The notes beneath the pieces were generated by a model. That model had not been told where the DNA came from. It made no database searches and saw only the letters and a program-made list of their open reading frames with translations. DNA of 64,000 nucleotides, from the NCBI GenBank assembly GCA_963765205.1, contig CAVXVB010000007.1:256001-320000 (forward strand). The letters are read 5' to 3'. The translations under genes were made by a program, and so were the position numbers. This DNA comes from an uncultured Verrucomicrobiae bacterium. Lineage in GTDB: Bacteria > Verrucomicrobiota > Verrucomicrobiia > Opitutales > JABDGR01. How positions within the stretch are numbered: position 1 is the first letter of the stretch; every line of letters begins with the position of its first letter. Below, one piece after another: positions 38,732-48,827 of this stretch.

Positions 38732-40390
38732 CTACTTCTTCCGCCCGTGGCGAACGGTAATATAGAGCAGCCAGCAGCCGAAGAACATGGCGGCGACAAA
38801 ACCCCATTTACCCAGCACGTAGGGGAACTTGCTTAAATCGGCCAGACTGACGCGCGAGACAATGAGCGACGAGGACAGCAGGGTGGCGGCGATGATGATG
38901 GCCAGCACCAGCCGGTTGACGCCGTGCTCGAAGGACTCACGCAGGCCGTCCAGCCCTTTGTGCACGAAATTGATGCTGAACTCACCTTCCTCGAGGTTGC
39001 GCAGGAGGCGGATGACGGTGCCGGGGATTTCCCGGGCGTGGCGCAGGGTGGCCCGCCAGTCCCAATAGAGCAGGCGGGCGAGGGTGTGCGGGTGCCAGCG
39101 TTCGAGGTTGAGCTCGTGCAGGAACGGCTCCGAGATCGAGCGGATGTCAAACGCGGGGTCAAGAATCTCGCCGACTTCCTCGATGGCGAGGACGGCCTTG
39201 GCCAGCATCGCATAATCCCGCGCCAGGCGGATGCCGTGCGAGCCGAAGACATAGAGCAGGTCGAGGATGATGCGCCCCAACTCGCGGCCCTTGTCCTTCC
39301 CCGCGTATTTCCGCAGCATGATGCTAACGTCTTTTTCCAGCAGGGTTGCATCCACCCGGCGTTTGGTGATGGCGTTGGCCAGCACGATGCGCACGACTTT
39401 TTCCGGGTCGTCCGCGGAAATCGCGGCAAACAAATCCGCCAGGAAATAGCGCATGATCCGGGTGAGCTGGCCGGCCTGGCCCCAGTCAATCAGGCACAGG
39501 CGGGCGTCCGGGGTGATGAGCACGTTGCCCGTGTGCGGGTCGGAGTGAAAGAACCCGGAAATCATAATCTGGTTGAACACGGAGCGCCCGCCGATGGTGG
39601 CCAGGCGCGCGCGTTCCTCCTTCGGCAACCCAACTTTCGCCGGTTCCACGCCGTCCACCCATTGCAGGACGAGGACGCGGCTGGTCGTGAAGGAGTCAAA
39701 GACCTTGGGGGCAAAAATTTCCTTCGGATATGGGTTCGTTTGATTGAAGTAGTCCGAGTTGCGCGCCTCAATGGTGAAGTCGAGTTCGAGCAGCATGTTT
39801 TCGCCGGTTTCGTTGACGACCGTCGGCAGGTCGTAGGCGCGCAGCTCGGGCAGGTGGAGCTGCATTTGATGCGCGAACCAATGGATGATTTCCAAGTCGG
39901 CCTTCATTTCCTTGCGCAGGTGCGGGCGCTGGGCCTTGACCGCGACAAACTCACCCGTGTGCAGGCGGGCCTTATATACCTGCGCGATGGAGCCGGCGGC
40001 CACCGGCTCGGGGTTGAACTCGGCGAACACTTCTTCCACCGCGCCTTTGAGTTCGCGTTCGAGGATGGGGCGCATTTTCTCCCACGGCACCGGCCGCACC
40101 TGGTTGCGCAGGCGTTTCAACTCGTCAATCAACGGTTCTGGCAGCACGTCGGCCCGGGTGCTGAGTACTTGGGCGAATTTCACATAGGTGGGGCCCAGGT
40201 CTTCGGCGGTGACGCGGATGCGCTGCCAGATGTTCAGCCGTTCCGGCCGCAAGGGCGTGCGCTTGGTCAGCCAGGAGGGTGGCGCCTCAATTTGCTCAAG
40301 AAATTCCTGAAACCCATTCCGAATCAGCACGGTCACGATTTCCGTGAACCGCACCAGATTGTTCAGCTTATGGAGGGGATTGAGATTCAC
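38732..40390 (-). CDS. AarF/UbiB (ABC1) family kinase
   Basis: LGPTYVKFAQ, AGSIAQVY, VAVK, FFHSDPHTGN, C-terminal TMs. Confidence 0.93.
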   Translation of the reverse strand: MNLNPLHKLNNLVRFTEIVTVLIRNGFQEFLEQIEAPPSWLTKRTPLRPERLNIWQRIRVTAEDLGPTYVKFAQVLSTRADVLPEPLIDELKRLRNQVRPVPWEKMRPILERELKGAVEEVFAEFNPEPVAAGSIAQVYKARLHTGEFVAVKAQRPHLRKEMKADLEIIHWFAHQMQLHLPELRAYDLPTVVNETGENMLLELDFTIEARNSDYFNQTNPYPKEIFAPKVFDSFTTSRVLVLQWVDGVEPAKVGLPKEERARLATIGGRSVFNQIMISGFFHSDPHTGNVLITPDARLCLIDWGQAGQLTRIMRYFLADLFAAISADDPEKVVRIVLANAITKRRVDATLLEKDVSIMLRKYAGKDKGRELGRIILDLLYVFGSHGIRLARDYAMLAKAVLAIEEVGEILDPAFDIRSISEPFLHELNLERWHPHTLARLLYWDWRATLRHAREIPGTVIRLLRNLEEGEFSINFVHKGLDGLRESFEHGVNRLVLAIIIAATLLSSSLIVSRVSLADLSKFPYVLGKWGFVAAMFFGCWLLYITVRHGRKK

Positions 40391-40432
40391 GGACGAGACG
40401 GCGGAGGATGAACGCGAGCGGGCGGCGGCGGG

Positions 40433-40798
40433 CTAGTGATGGGCTTTGGCCGGCTTATGGGCGTGGGCGGCTTCGGCCGGCTTGTGGGGCGTGGCCGCGG
40501 TCGCGGCAACGTGGTGGGCTTCGAGCGCGGCGAGACGTTTTTCAAGCTCGGCCATTTCCTCACGGGTGGCGAAGTTTGATTTCTTGAGCAGCTCCTGGAA
40601 GCGCTGGCCCAGCTCGTGCTTGGCCGTTTCGAATTCCTGCTTGCCATCCGCGACAATGCGGTCGGCCAGGCCTTTGGCGTCTTGGGCGGAAAGCTTGCCC
40701 TTTTCAACGTATTCGTGGAGGGCGCTTTCGACTTTTTCCTTGGTGGTCACGGTGGCGCCGATGCCGGCGAGCACGGTTTTTTTGATGAGGTCTATCAT
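40433..40798 (-). CDS. Phasin/PhaF-like coiled-coil protein
   Basis: KKTVLAGIGA...VEKGKLS, ATREE...LEKRLAALE; next to the UbiB-like gene. Confidence 0.8.
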   Translation of the reverse strand: MIDLIKKTVLAGIGATVTTKEKVESALHEYVEKGKLSAQDAKGLADRIVADGKQEFETAKHELGQRFQELLKKSNFATREEMAELEKRLAALEAHHVAATAATPHKPAEAAHAHKPAKAHH

Positions 40799-40829
40799 GG
40801 TGTTGGTGGATTGAGGGTTGGCGGGATGA

Positions 40830-41318
40830 TCAGAGTAATTTGGGCACCAGATACCAGCCGAGGATCCAGTGGCCCAGCGGGCGGTTGCGGCCCGGGTCTT
40901 CGGCGCGTTCGAGGTGGAGCAGGCCGCATTTTTTGAAATCAATCAGCACCGGCTCGGTCTGCCCGCTGAGCAGGCAGGAGGCCAGGGCCTCGAAATGCGG
41001 GTTGTGCCCGACCACGACGACGGATTTGCGCGAGCAGGCAAGGCGCAGGGCCATCGGGCGCGGGTCGTCCTCCGGACGCAGGCCGGGCGCTTCGTGCAGT
41101 GGCAGGGTGAGGTCCAGTTCTCGGCGGAAAATCTCGGCGGTTTGCACGGCGCGCAGCAAAGGGCTGTGCCAGATTTCGCGGATGTCGAGCTCCACTTCAT
41201 GCTTGCGCAGGAACGTGGCCAGTTGGTCCACCTGCTTTTCGCCCTTGCGCGTCAGACGCCGGTCGGCGTCTGCCTCGCCCGGCTCAGCCTCCGCATGGCG
41301 CAGCAAATACAGGTTCAT
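40830..41318 (-). CDS. sixA: Phosphohistidine phosphatase
   Basis: LYLLRHAEA, R.LT..G, HSPLLRAVQTA, VGHNP. Confidence 0.9.
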   Translation of the reverse strand: MNLYLLRHAEAEPGEADADRRLTRKGEKQVDQLATFLRKHEVELDIREIWHSPLLRAVQTAEIFRRELDLTLPLHEAPGLRPEDDPRPMALRLACSRKSVVVVGHNPHFEALASCLLSGQTEPVLIDFKKCGLLHLERAEDPGRNRPLGHWILGWYLVPKLL

Positions 41319-42462
41319 GCCTGGCAGTTTGCATCCCCACGTGCCGCAAGGCAAGCATCCAGCCGAGGCGCGGCGTGGGGTGAAGCCCGTATTGCAAAGA
41401 TGTCACCCATTTCGGCAAAAACGGATAATCGGTATAGCCGTGCGGGCCAGTCCCGTAGAACGTGGCTGGATCAGGCGGATTAAGCGTCGCGTTCTGTGCG
41501 AAGCGGCGGGGCAAATCCGGATTCGCGATGAAAAGTTTGCCGAAGGCAACGGCGTCCGCCTCGCCCGCGGCGAGCACCTGCTCCGCGGTTGCCTGGGTAA
41601 ATCCCTCATTGGCGATATACACGCCGCCAAAAGCTGCCTTGAGTTGCGGGCCCAGCCGGTTGGGGCCGAGGGACTCGCGCGCGCAGATAAAGGCGAGGCG
41701 GCGGCGCCCAAGTTCCCGTGCCACATAGCTGAACGTGGCCGCCGGGTTCGAATCGCCCATGGACTGGGCGTCGCCGCGCGGGGCCAGGTGCATGCCTACG
41801 CGACCATGGCCCCAAATGGAGATAACCGCGTCAGCGACTTCCAGCATCAGGCGCGCGCGATTTTCAATGGGGCCGCCATATTCGTCCGTCCGTCGGTTGG
41901 TGCTGTCCTGGAGAAACTGGTCGAGCAGGTAGCCGTTCGCGCCGTGGATTTCCACGCCGTCGAATCCGGCGGCTTGCGCGTTGGCCGCGCCTTGCCGGTA
42001 GGCCTCGATGATGCCGGGGATTTCGCTCGTCTCCAAAGCGCGCGGAATCGGGTAGGGCCGTTCGGGCCGCACGAGGCGGACATGGCCGTCGGCGGCAATT
42101 GCGCTGGGTGCCACCGGCTGCGCTCCATTAAGAAAGATGGGATCGGAAATGCGCCCGACGTGCCACAGTTGGAGCAGCATACGCCCCCCGGCGGTGTGGA
42201 CGGCGGCGGTGATGGCCTTCCAGCCCTGCACTTGTTCCGGCGACCAAATGCCCGGCGTGTTGGGGTAACCCACGCCCATGGGCGTCACGGAAGTGGCTTC
42301 GGAAAAAATGAGGCCGGCGGAGGCGCGCTGGCGGTAATACTCCGCCATGAGGACGTTGGGCACGCGCCCCGGGCTGGCCCGGCAGCGGGTCAGCGGGCCC
42401 ATGAGGATGCGGCTGGGCAATTGCAGTTCACCAATGAGGAGCGGATCAAACAAAGTCGGCAT
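41284..42462 (-). CDS. Old yellow enzyme family alkene reductase (NemA/XenB-like); 3' end possibly over-extended
   Basis: PLTRCRA, QLWHVGR, EIHGANGYLLDQF, IANPDL, GYTDYP. Confidence 0.92.
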   Translation of the reverse strand: MPTLFDPLLIGELQLPSRILMGPLTRCRASPGRVPNVLMAEYYRQRASAGLIFSEATSVTPMGVGYPNTPGIWSPEQVQGWKAITAAVHTAGGRMLLQLWHVGRISDPIFLNGAQPVAPSAIAADGHVRLVRPERPYPIPRALETSEIPGIIEAYRQGAANAQAAGFDGVEIHGANGYLLDQFLQDSTNRRTDEYGGPIENRARLMLEVADAVISIWGHGRVGMHLAPRGDAQSMGDSNPAATFSYVARELGRRRLAFICARESLGPNRLGPQLKAAFGGVYIANEGFTQATAEQVLAAGEADAVAFGKLFIANPDLPRRFAQNATLNPPDPATFYGTGPHGYTDYPFLPKWVTSLQYGLHPTPRLGWMLALRHVGMQTARHEPVFAAPCGG

Positions 42463-42596
42463 GACAGCCCAGCCTATTGAATAGATGAACTTTTGCCAAG
42501 GCTGGTTGAGGGGTGCAGGGTGGCTCAGTCGCCTCTCTTTTTCAGTTGCACCGACCGCGGCGTGCTGCCAAGCTGGCGGGCTAACCTTTATCAATC

Positions 42597-42767
42597 ATGG
42601 CCCGGGAACTCATTTGTTTGGAATGTTCGGAAGCTCGCAAGGAAGGCAAACCGCCCTCCCGCTATTTCGCCACGCGCAATAAACGCGTGAAGCCGGAGAA
42701 GGTCGAGAAGATGAAATTCAACAAGTTTCTCCGCCGGCACACGCTGCACAAGGAAGTGAAGCTTTAG
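42597..42767 (+). CDS. rpmG: 50S ribosomal protein L33 (not in the ORF track)
   Basis: MARELICLECSEARKEGKPPSRYFATRNKRVKPEKVEKMKFNKFLRRHTLHKEVKL. Confidence 0.93.
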   Translation: MARELICLECSEARKEGKPPSRYFATRNKRVKPEKVEKMKFNKFLRRHTLHKEVKL

Positions 42768-42928
42768 CAGCAGGGAGGTTGGAGCGCGGAGCAGGGAGAA
42801 AAGAAAAGGGCAAGAATTCCTGGTTGCTGAATTCTGATTGCTGTTGGTGATTTGCTGCCGATTCCCAAGCTAGATTCAGCTTTCAGGAATACCCACCCTT
42901 CCCTCCCCGCTCCAAGCTTCCTGCTTCT

Positions 42929-43174
42929 TCAGTTGCTCAAATTCAGGCCGGAAGCGGAATTGCTGACGCGGCGTTTCGCGCGCCATTTATCACGGTGGTT
43001 GCGCACCCAGTCAATCAAGGCGTATTCGAAGCCGATGTCATGGCCGGCCTTCTCCGATTCAATCCACTTATGACGGAGAATCTCCTCCCGCTCCGCCAGA
43101 TATTCCTGGTAGAAGCTGGAGCGGTTGACAAAGTCGTGATTGCCGGGGGTCGTCTTGGTGTCTGGGGTCTTCAT
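42929..43174 (-). CDS. DUF4032-like small protein
   Basis: EREEILRHKWIESEKAGHDIGFEYALIDW. Confidence 0.82.
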   Translation of the reverse strand: MKTPDTKTTPGNHDFVNRSSFYQEYLAEREEILRHKWIESEKAGHDIGFEYALIDWVRNHRDKWRAKRRVSNSASGLNLSN

Positions 43175-43350
43175 CTTCTCGTCGAGCAAACGGGAATGGG
43201 GGAAGGCAGCAAGCCGGCCAAAAGCCAAAGAGGATGTTTGGGCCATTGTCACAACAATTTAACAAAACAAAGAGATATCAGCAATGTCAAATGTGTGAAA
43301 AATCAGGCGGTTTAAGCTGCGCTTATACACAAAGTGGGGATTTTGCCTTA

Positions 43351-44439
43351 TTAGGTTTTTACCAGACCCTTGTCCAGCTTTTCCAACAGGCGCGCAGCCA
43401 TGCTCAAAAAGGCCTGCCCGGCCAGCGTGGCCGGATGGCTGACCACCACCGGAATGCCGCGGTCGCCCCCGACCCGCACCCGGGTGTCCAGCGGCACCTG
43501 GCCCAGGAACTCCGTGTGCAACTCTTGGGCGGCGCGCGGCCCCCCCCCTTCGCCGAAGATATACTGGCGCGTGCCGTCGGGGTTTTCCAGAAAGCTCATG
43601 TTTTCCGCCACGCCCAGCAGGGGCACATTAACCTTGTCAAACAGCATCGCCCCACGCCGGGCGACGGACACCGCCGCGAGCTGCGGGGTCGTCACGATCA
43701 CCGTGCCGGAAAGGGGGACGGTCTGCGCGAGGGTGATTTGGGCATCGCCTGTGCCCGGCGGCAAGTCCACAACCAGCATTTCCAATTTACCCCAAGCGAC
43801 CTGGGTGGCAAATTGCTGGATGGTCTTCATCACCATCGGCCCGCGCCAGGCGACCGGTGCATCGTCGTCTATCAGCAGGCCGAGCGACATCATGCGCACG
43901 CCGAAATTTTCGACCGGCTGCAGCAATTCGCCCTCGATTTCCGGCCGCACATTCACGCCGAGCATCAGCGGCACCGAGGGGCCGTAAATGTCACAGTCCA
44001 TCAGGCCGACGCCCCGAGGGCCGTCGGCTTTGGCCAGCAGTTGCGCAAAGGCGCAGGCCAGATTGACCGCAAAGGTACTTTTGCCCACGCCACCCTTGCC
44101 GCTGGCCACGGCGACTCGATAGCGGACTTTCTGCAACTGCGAGGGCAGCGCCGCCGTCGCCCCGCTGCCGGCCGGTGGGGAGGTCTTGGCCGGGATTTTC
44201 ACCGCGACTTCGACCTCCGCGCGCTGCACGCCGGGCACAGTGCGCAACGCGGCCACGGCGGCGTCATGGAGCTTTTTCGGAATATCGTGGTCGGCGGTGG
44301 TGATTTCGAGCCGCGCCTGGGCGAAGCCGTCCCGCACCGTGGCCGTGCGCACGAGGCCGAACGAGACGATGTCGCGGCTGAAACCCGGGTATTTCACGGT
44401 CTTTAGGGCGTTGAGCAAAGCTTCCGGCGAAGGATCCAT
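43351..44439 (-). CDS. mrp: Mrp/ApbC/NBP35 Fe-S cluster carrier ATPase
   Basis: ASGKGGVGKST, DIYGPS, WRGPM, DLPPGTGD, ENMS. Confidence 0.94.
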   Translation of the reverse strand: MDPSPEALLNALKTVKYPGFSRDIVSFGLVRTATVRDGFAQARLEITTADHDIPKKLHDAAVAALRTVPGVQRAEVEVAVKIPAKTSPPAGSGATAALPSQLQKVRYRVAVASGKGGVGKSTFAVNLACAFAQLLAKADGPRGVGLMDCDIYGPSVPLMLGVNVRPEIEGELLQPVENFGVRMMSLGLLIDDDAPVAWRGPMVMKTIQQFATQVAWGKLEMLVVDLPPGTGDAQITLAQTVPLSGTVIVTTPQLAAVSVARRGAMLFDKVNVPLLGVAENMSFLENPDGTRQYIFGEGGGPRAAQELHTEFLGQVPLDTRVRVGGDRGIPVVVSHPATLAGQAFLSMAARLLEKLDKGLVKT

Positions 44440-44562
44440 CGGGAGAGTTTCGAGTTTTGGCGAGCCGGTTTCGAGTTCAAAATTTGCGAACCTCCTTTTG
44501 GGCGTCCGCCTTCAAGCTCGCGTTTCCTGGCGGACGGCCCTTAAAAATGGGAAATCCTGCGG

Positions 44563-46520
44563 ATGAACGACCCCACCCCAGCGGCCCGCCCGCCCGCACC
44601 CGCGCTGGCACGGGCCGGGATGGGCGCTCGTTGGCTGCGATTCGCGCTGACCGTCGTGGAGCCGCTCTCGGTCACCGCGTTGTTCATCTTTTTGCTGGAG
44701 AAAAGCTGGCTGCGCTGGCCGGACCCGCTGATTGATTTCCCCAAAAACCTGTATATCGCGTGGCGCCTGAGCGCGGGGGATCTGCTCTATGAAAAAGTCA
44801 CGAACTGGTATGGGCCGCTGTCGAATCTGGTCGAGGGCGCGGGCTTCAAAATTTTTGGCGTGGGGCTCGACACAATGGTGTGGATGAATGTCATGCTAAC
44901 CGTCGGTGTGCTGTTGTTGCTGCGGGGAATATTTGGCGCGCTGGGCAATCGATTGTCCGTGTGGCTGGGCTCGGTGGTGTTTGTGGTGGTATTTGCCCTG
45001 AGTGATTTTACGCCCGCGGGCAACTACAACTTTATCACGCCCTATATCTCGCAGGCGACGTATACTTTGGCGGGGTTGCTGCTGCTCTTGTGGGCCTTGT
45101 TGCGCCATTTGGCCTCGGCGCGGCGGCGCTGGCTCGTGGTGGCTGGGCTGGGGCTGGCGGTCGCGTATTTGGACAAGCCGGAGGGTTTGCTGGCGGCGGC
45201 GGGGGCGCTGGGGATTTATCTGGCGGCGCAGGGGATTTATTGCGCGCGTTCCACGCCGGGCGCGGCCGACTGGCACAACGCGGGCCGCTGGCTGGCGCGG
45301 GCGGCCAGCTGGCTGGCAGCGGGATTTTTCGCCCTCTGGCTGCCGGTGTTCCTCTTCTTTTGGGTCAAAGGCGGCCTGGCTTATGCGCTTTTGGCCACGA
45401 ATTATGCGCCCTACACGATGGTGAGCGGCACTTTTCGCCACGCCATCATGAATGCATCCGTCATGCGGGAAATTTCCGGGTTCGACCATCCGTGGGATAA
45501 TTTTATCAAGCAATCATTGACCGGCGGCCTGCTTGTGGCGCTGTGTGCGGTGATGATTGTCGCGGCGCGGTGCGCGACGGGCGCGAAATTCGGCCATACA
45601 AGATGGTGGGCGTGGGCGATCATGGCCGGCGCCGCCGGCGTGGTCGGCGTCAGGCTGGGCGAGCAGGCGAATTACTGGATGGGCTTCGGCCGCGCCTTGG
45701 TTTTCCCGGTGTTGCTGGTGGCGCTTGGGGCGGTGGCGGTGGCCATCCGGGCGGCGTGGCAGCGTCGGGCCAATTTTGCCCATGGCCTCGGCGTGGCCGT
45801 CGTGGGGGTGGCGGCGAACCTGATGTTCGTGCGCATGATCTTGAACGGACGCATCAACCATTACGGATTTTTCATGATGCCGCTGGCCGTGCTGTTCTGG
45901 ATTCATTGCATGGTGGTGGAAGCGCCGCGGCCCCGGCGGGATGCAATCCCCGCCGGGGCAACTGGCTGTTGCCCGTGGTGTTTTCCCTCGCCCTATTGGC
46001 CGGCGTCCGTGATTTGCTCGAGGTGGAACTGGCGGCTTATGCGGACAAAACTTTCGTGGTGGGCGTCGGGCGCGACCATTTTTATGCGTTCCCGCCGGAG
46101 ATGGACCCTTCCGGCCTGAAGCTCAAGACGATGATTGAAATGTTCCAGCGGGACACCCCTGGCGCCCGCACGCTCGCCACCTTTCCCGAGGGCATCGCGG
46201 TGAATTACCACCTCCGCGTGCCCACGCCGCTGGCGGAACTGGAGTTCCTCCCGGTGGCGCTGAGCTACGTCGGGCCGCAGCATGTGGTGGACGAATTGAA
46301 CGCCCATCCGCCCGACGCGGTGTTTCTCTTTATTCGGGACATGTCCGAATTCAACGCCCATTATTTTGGAGACAGCCCCGCCACCGGCCGGGACATTGCG
46401 TCCTGGCTGAGTGAGCACGAGGTCATCATTGATATGGCGGGCCAGCCCGGGGCGCAGACCATCACCGGCCATCCCATTGATTTGATGACGCCGAAGCCAC
46501 CGGCGGGCACGGGCCGGTAA
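44563..46520 (+). CDS. GT-C fold (ArnT/PMT-like) membrane glycosyltransferase paralog 1, frameshift in a C-run near 45932
   Basis: DPLIDFP..LY.AWRL..GDLLY...WYGPL first loop, many TMs; ORFs 44563-46119 and 45543-46520 join. Confidence 0.72.
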
Positions 46521-46755
46521 ATATAAAGCGCCCACAACGTGGGCTCTACTTTTAACGCTCAACGCTTAAGTTTTGAGCCACGACGATTTTCGACGCATCC
46601 ATCGTCCGGGAGGTTTTTTATTTGAGCGTTAAAACGTTAAGCGTTGAAAGTTGAGCGTTTTAGAATGCATCTTAGGGCATGGTCTGTGGGTGGCTTTCGC
46701 CCGCCTTCAAGCTCGCGTCCGGTGGCTGATTGCGGCTAATAAATGCCGCCCTTCC

Positions 46756-48745
46756 ATGAACCCCCGCGAATCATCGGCCGAGCATCCCGCCGGCGCGCGG
46801 CTGCCGGAGTCCTGGCCCGCGCCACGCACTTTTTCGCGCGGGCTGCGCGTCGCCCTGCGGGTGGCCGACCCCCTGTCCGTCGCGGCCCTATTCATTTTCA
46901 TGCTGACAAAAAGCTGGCTGCGCTGGATGGATCCGCTGATTGATTTCCCCCGTTCCCTTTATGTGGCTTGGCGCTTGAGTGAAGGCGACTTGCTCTACAA
47001 TCAGGTGGCAAGTTGGTATGGGCCGTTGCCCCATTTAATCGAGGCGGCGGCTTTTCGGGCGTGCGGCATCGGGCTGGACACGATCGTGTGGCTCAACATC
47101 GCGGTCACCTCCGTCGTGCTCCTGTTGGTGCGGGCGATTTTCGGCGCGTTAGGCAACCGGCTGTCCGGCTGGATCTGCACGATGGTTTTCCTCTGCGTTT
47201 TTGGGTTCGGCCATTACCGGTTGGTCGCCAACTACAATTTCATCACCCCTTATGCGTCGCAGGCCACTTATGGTTTTGCCGGGCTGTTGCTGGTGTTATG
47301 GTCGCTGCTGCGGCATCTTAAGTCGCAACGCCCCCTCTGGCTCGGCCTCGCCGGGCTGGGCTTCGGCATCAGCTTATCTGGACAAACCCGAGCCACTCTT
47401 GGCCGCCGCCGGTTCCCTGGGAATTTATTTGGTGGTGGGCTTTATCCGCCAGGCCCGGCCGCAACCTCCGACTCCGGATTGGCGTGGCGCGGGCCGCTGG
47501 ATGGCGCGAGCAGCCGGCTGGCTGTTGGGCGGGTTTTTGTGCGTCTGGCTGTCCGTGCTGCTTTTTTTTCTCAGCCGGGGCGGCCTGGCCTATGCGCTGC
47601 ATGCGGCGGATTATGTGCCCTGCACGATGGTGGACAGTTCCTTCCGTCACACGGTCGAGAATTCGCCATTCATGCGGACGATTTTTGGTTTTGATCAGCC
47701 CTGGACCAATTTTCTGTCGCAGCTTGGCGCTGGCGCCATACTGGTGGCCTTGTGTGCGACCATGGTGATAGCCGCGCGGGATTGGACCCGGCAGCCGCGC
47801 TTTGGCGAGGCCTGGTGGACTTTGCTGGCGGTCGTGCTGGCGGCGGGCGCGGTCGGCGAGTGGCTGGCCTGGCGCGCCGGCTTGGTGCTTGGAATTGGGC
47901 GAGCCTTTGTCTTTCCAACTTGCCTCACCGCCGGCGTCTATAGCCTGCGCAGCGGGTGGCTGGCGTGGCGAGGCCGCGCCGATGCGGAGCACGCGTTGGG
48001 CTTGGCGGTCGTCGGGACAGCGGCGGCGCTGATGCTCGCCCGCATGATTTTGAACGGGCAGATTGCCCAATTTGGTTTTTTCATGATGCCGCTGGCGGTG
48101 TTGTTTTGGATTCACTTGATGATGGTCGAGGCAGTGCGGCCAGCCTCTGGCAGCCAGTGCGTGAACCGGCTGCTGCCCGCAGTATTTTCCTTCATCCTGT
48201 TGTTCGACGCCGGCGCGGTGGCGCGCGGCAACCTCAACGTCTATGCCCTGAAGAATTACCTGGTCGGCCAGGGCCGCGACCATTTCTACACGTTTGACCC
48301 CAATTTTTATCCCGCTGGCGGGGTGCTCAATATCATGCTTAAAGCCTTTAACAATAATACGCCGGACGCGCCAACCCTGGTCGTGTTCCCCGAGGGCGTC
48401 GCTGTCAATTATCTCTTGCGGGTGCCGTGTCCCCTGGCCGAATTGGAATTCCAGCCCGCCGCCCTCAGTTACGCCGGCCCCAAACACGTCCTGGACGAGT
48501 TGCAGGCCCATCCGCCCGCCGTCGTCATGATCTATGACCGCAGCTTGCTGGACTATGGCGCGAAATATTTTGGCGATAGCGAAGCCAGCGGCCGCGACCT
48601 GGTGCAGTGGCTCAATGATCAATACAAAGTCATTGGGATCACCGGCACGTCGCCCGATTCGCTCACCGGCCACTTGGTTGATCTGCTGGTGCCCAAGGCC
48701 ACCCCTGGCCAGGCCGGACAGCCTTTGCTACCCGCCGCGAAGTAA
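46756..48745 (+). CDS. GT-C-like paralog 2, frameshift (extra A) near 47371
   Basis: Same motifs; ATC-A-GCT-TAT here versus ATT-GCT-TAT in paralog 3. Confidence 0.72.
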
Positions 48746-48827
48746 ATTTTATCCACGTTTTGTTTTTCACCACTCGCCTTCAAGCTTGCGCTGCGCCGCC
48801 CCTTGCGGTTAAGAAACGCCGCCCAAC

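Noticed and set aside
41284..41410. Novel C-terminal extension of the OYE overlapping sixA
   Set aside because: Removing one A near 41411 gives a stop just after the usual GYTDYP end; probably an indel
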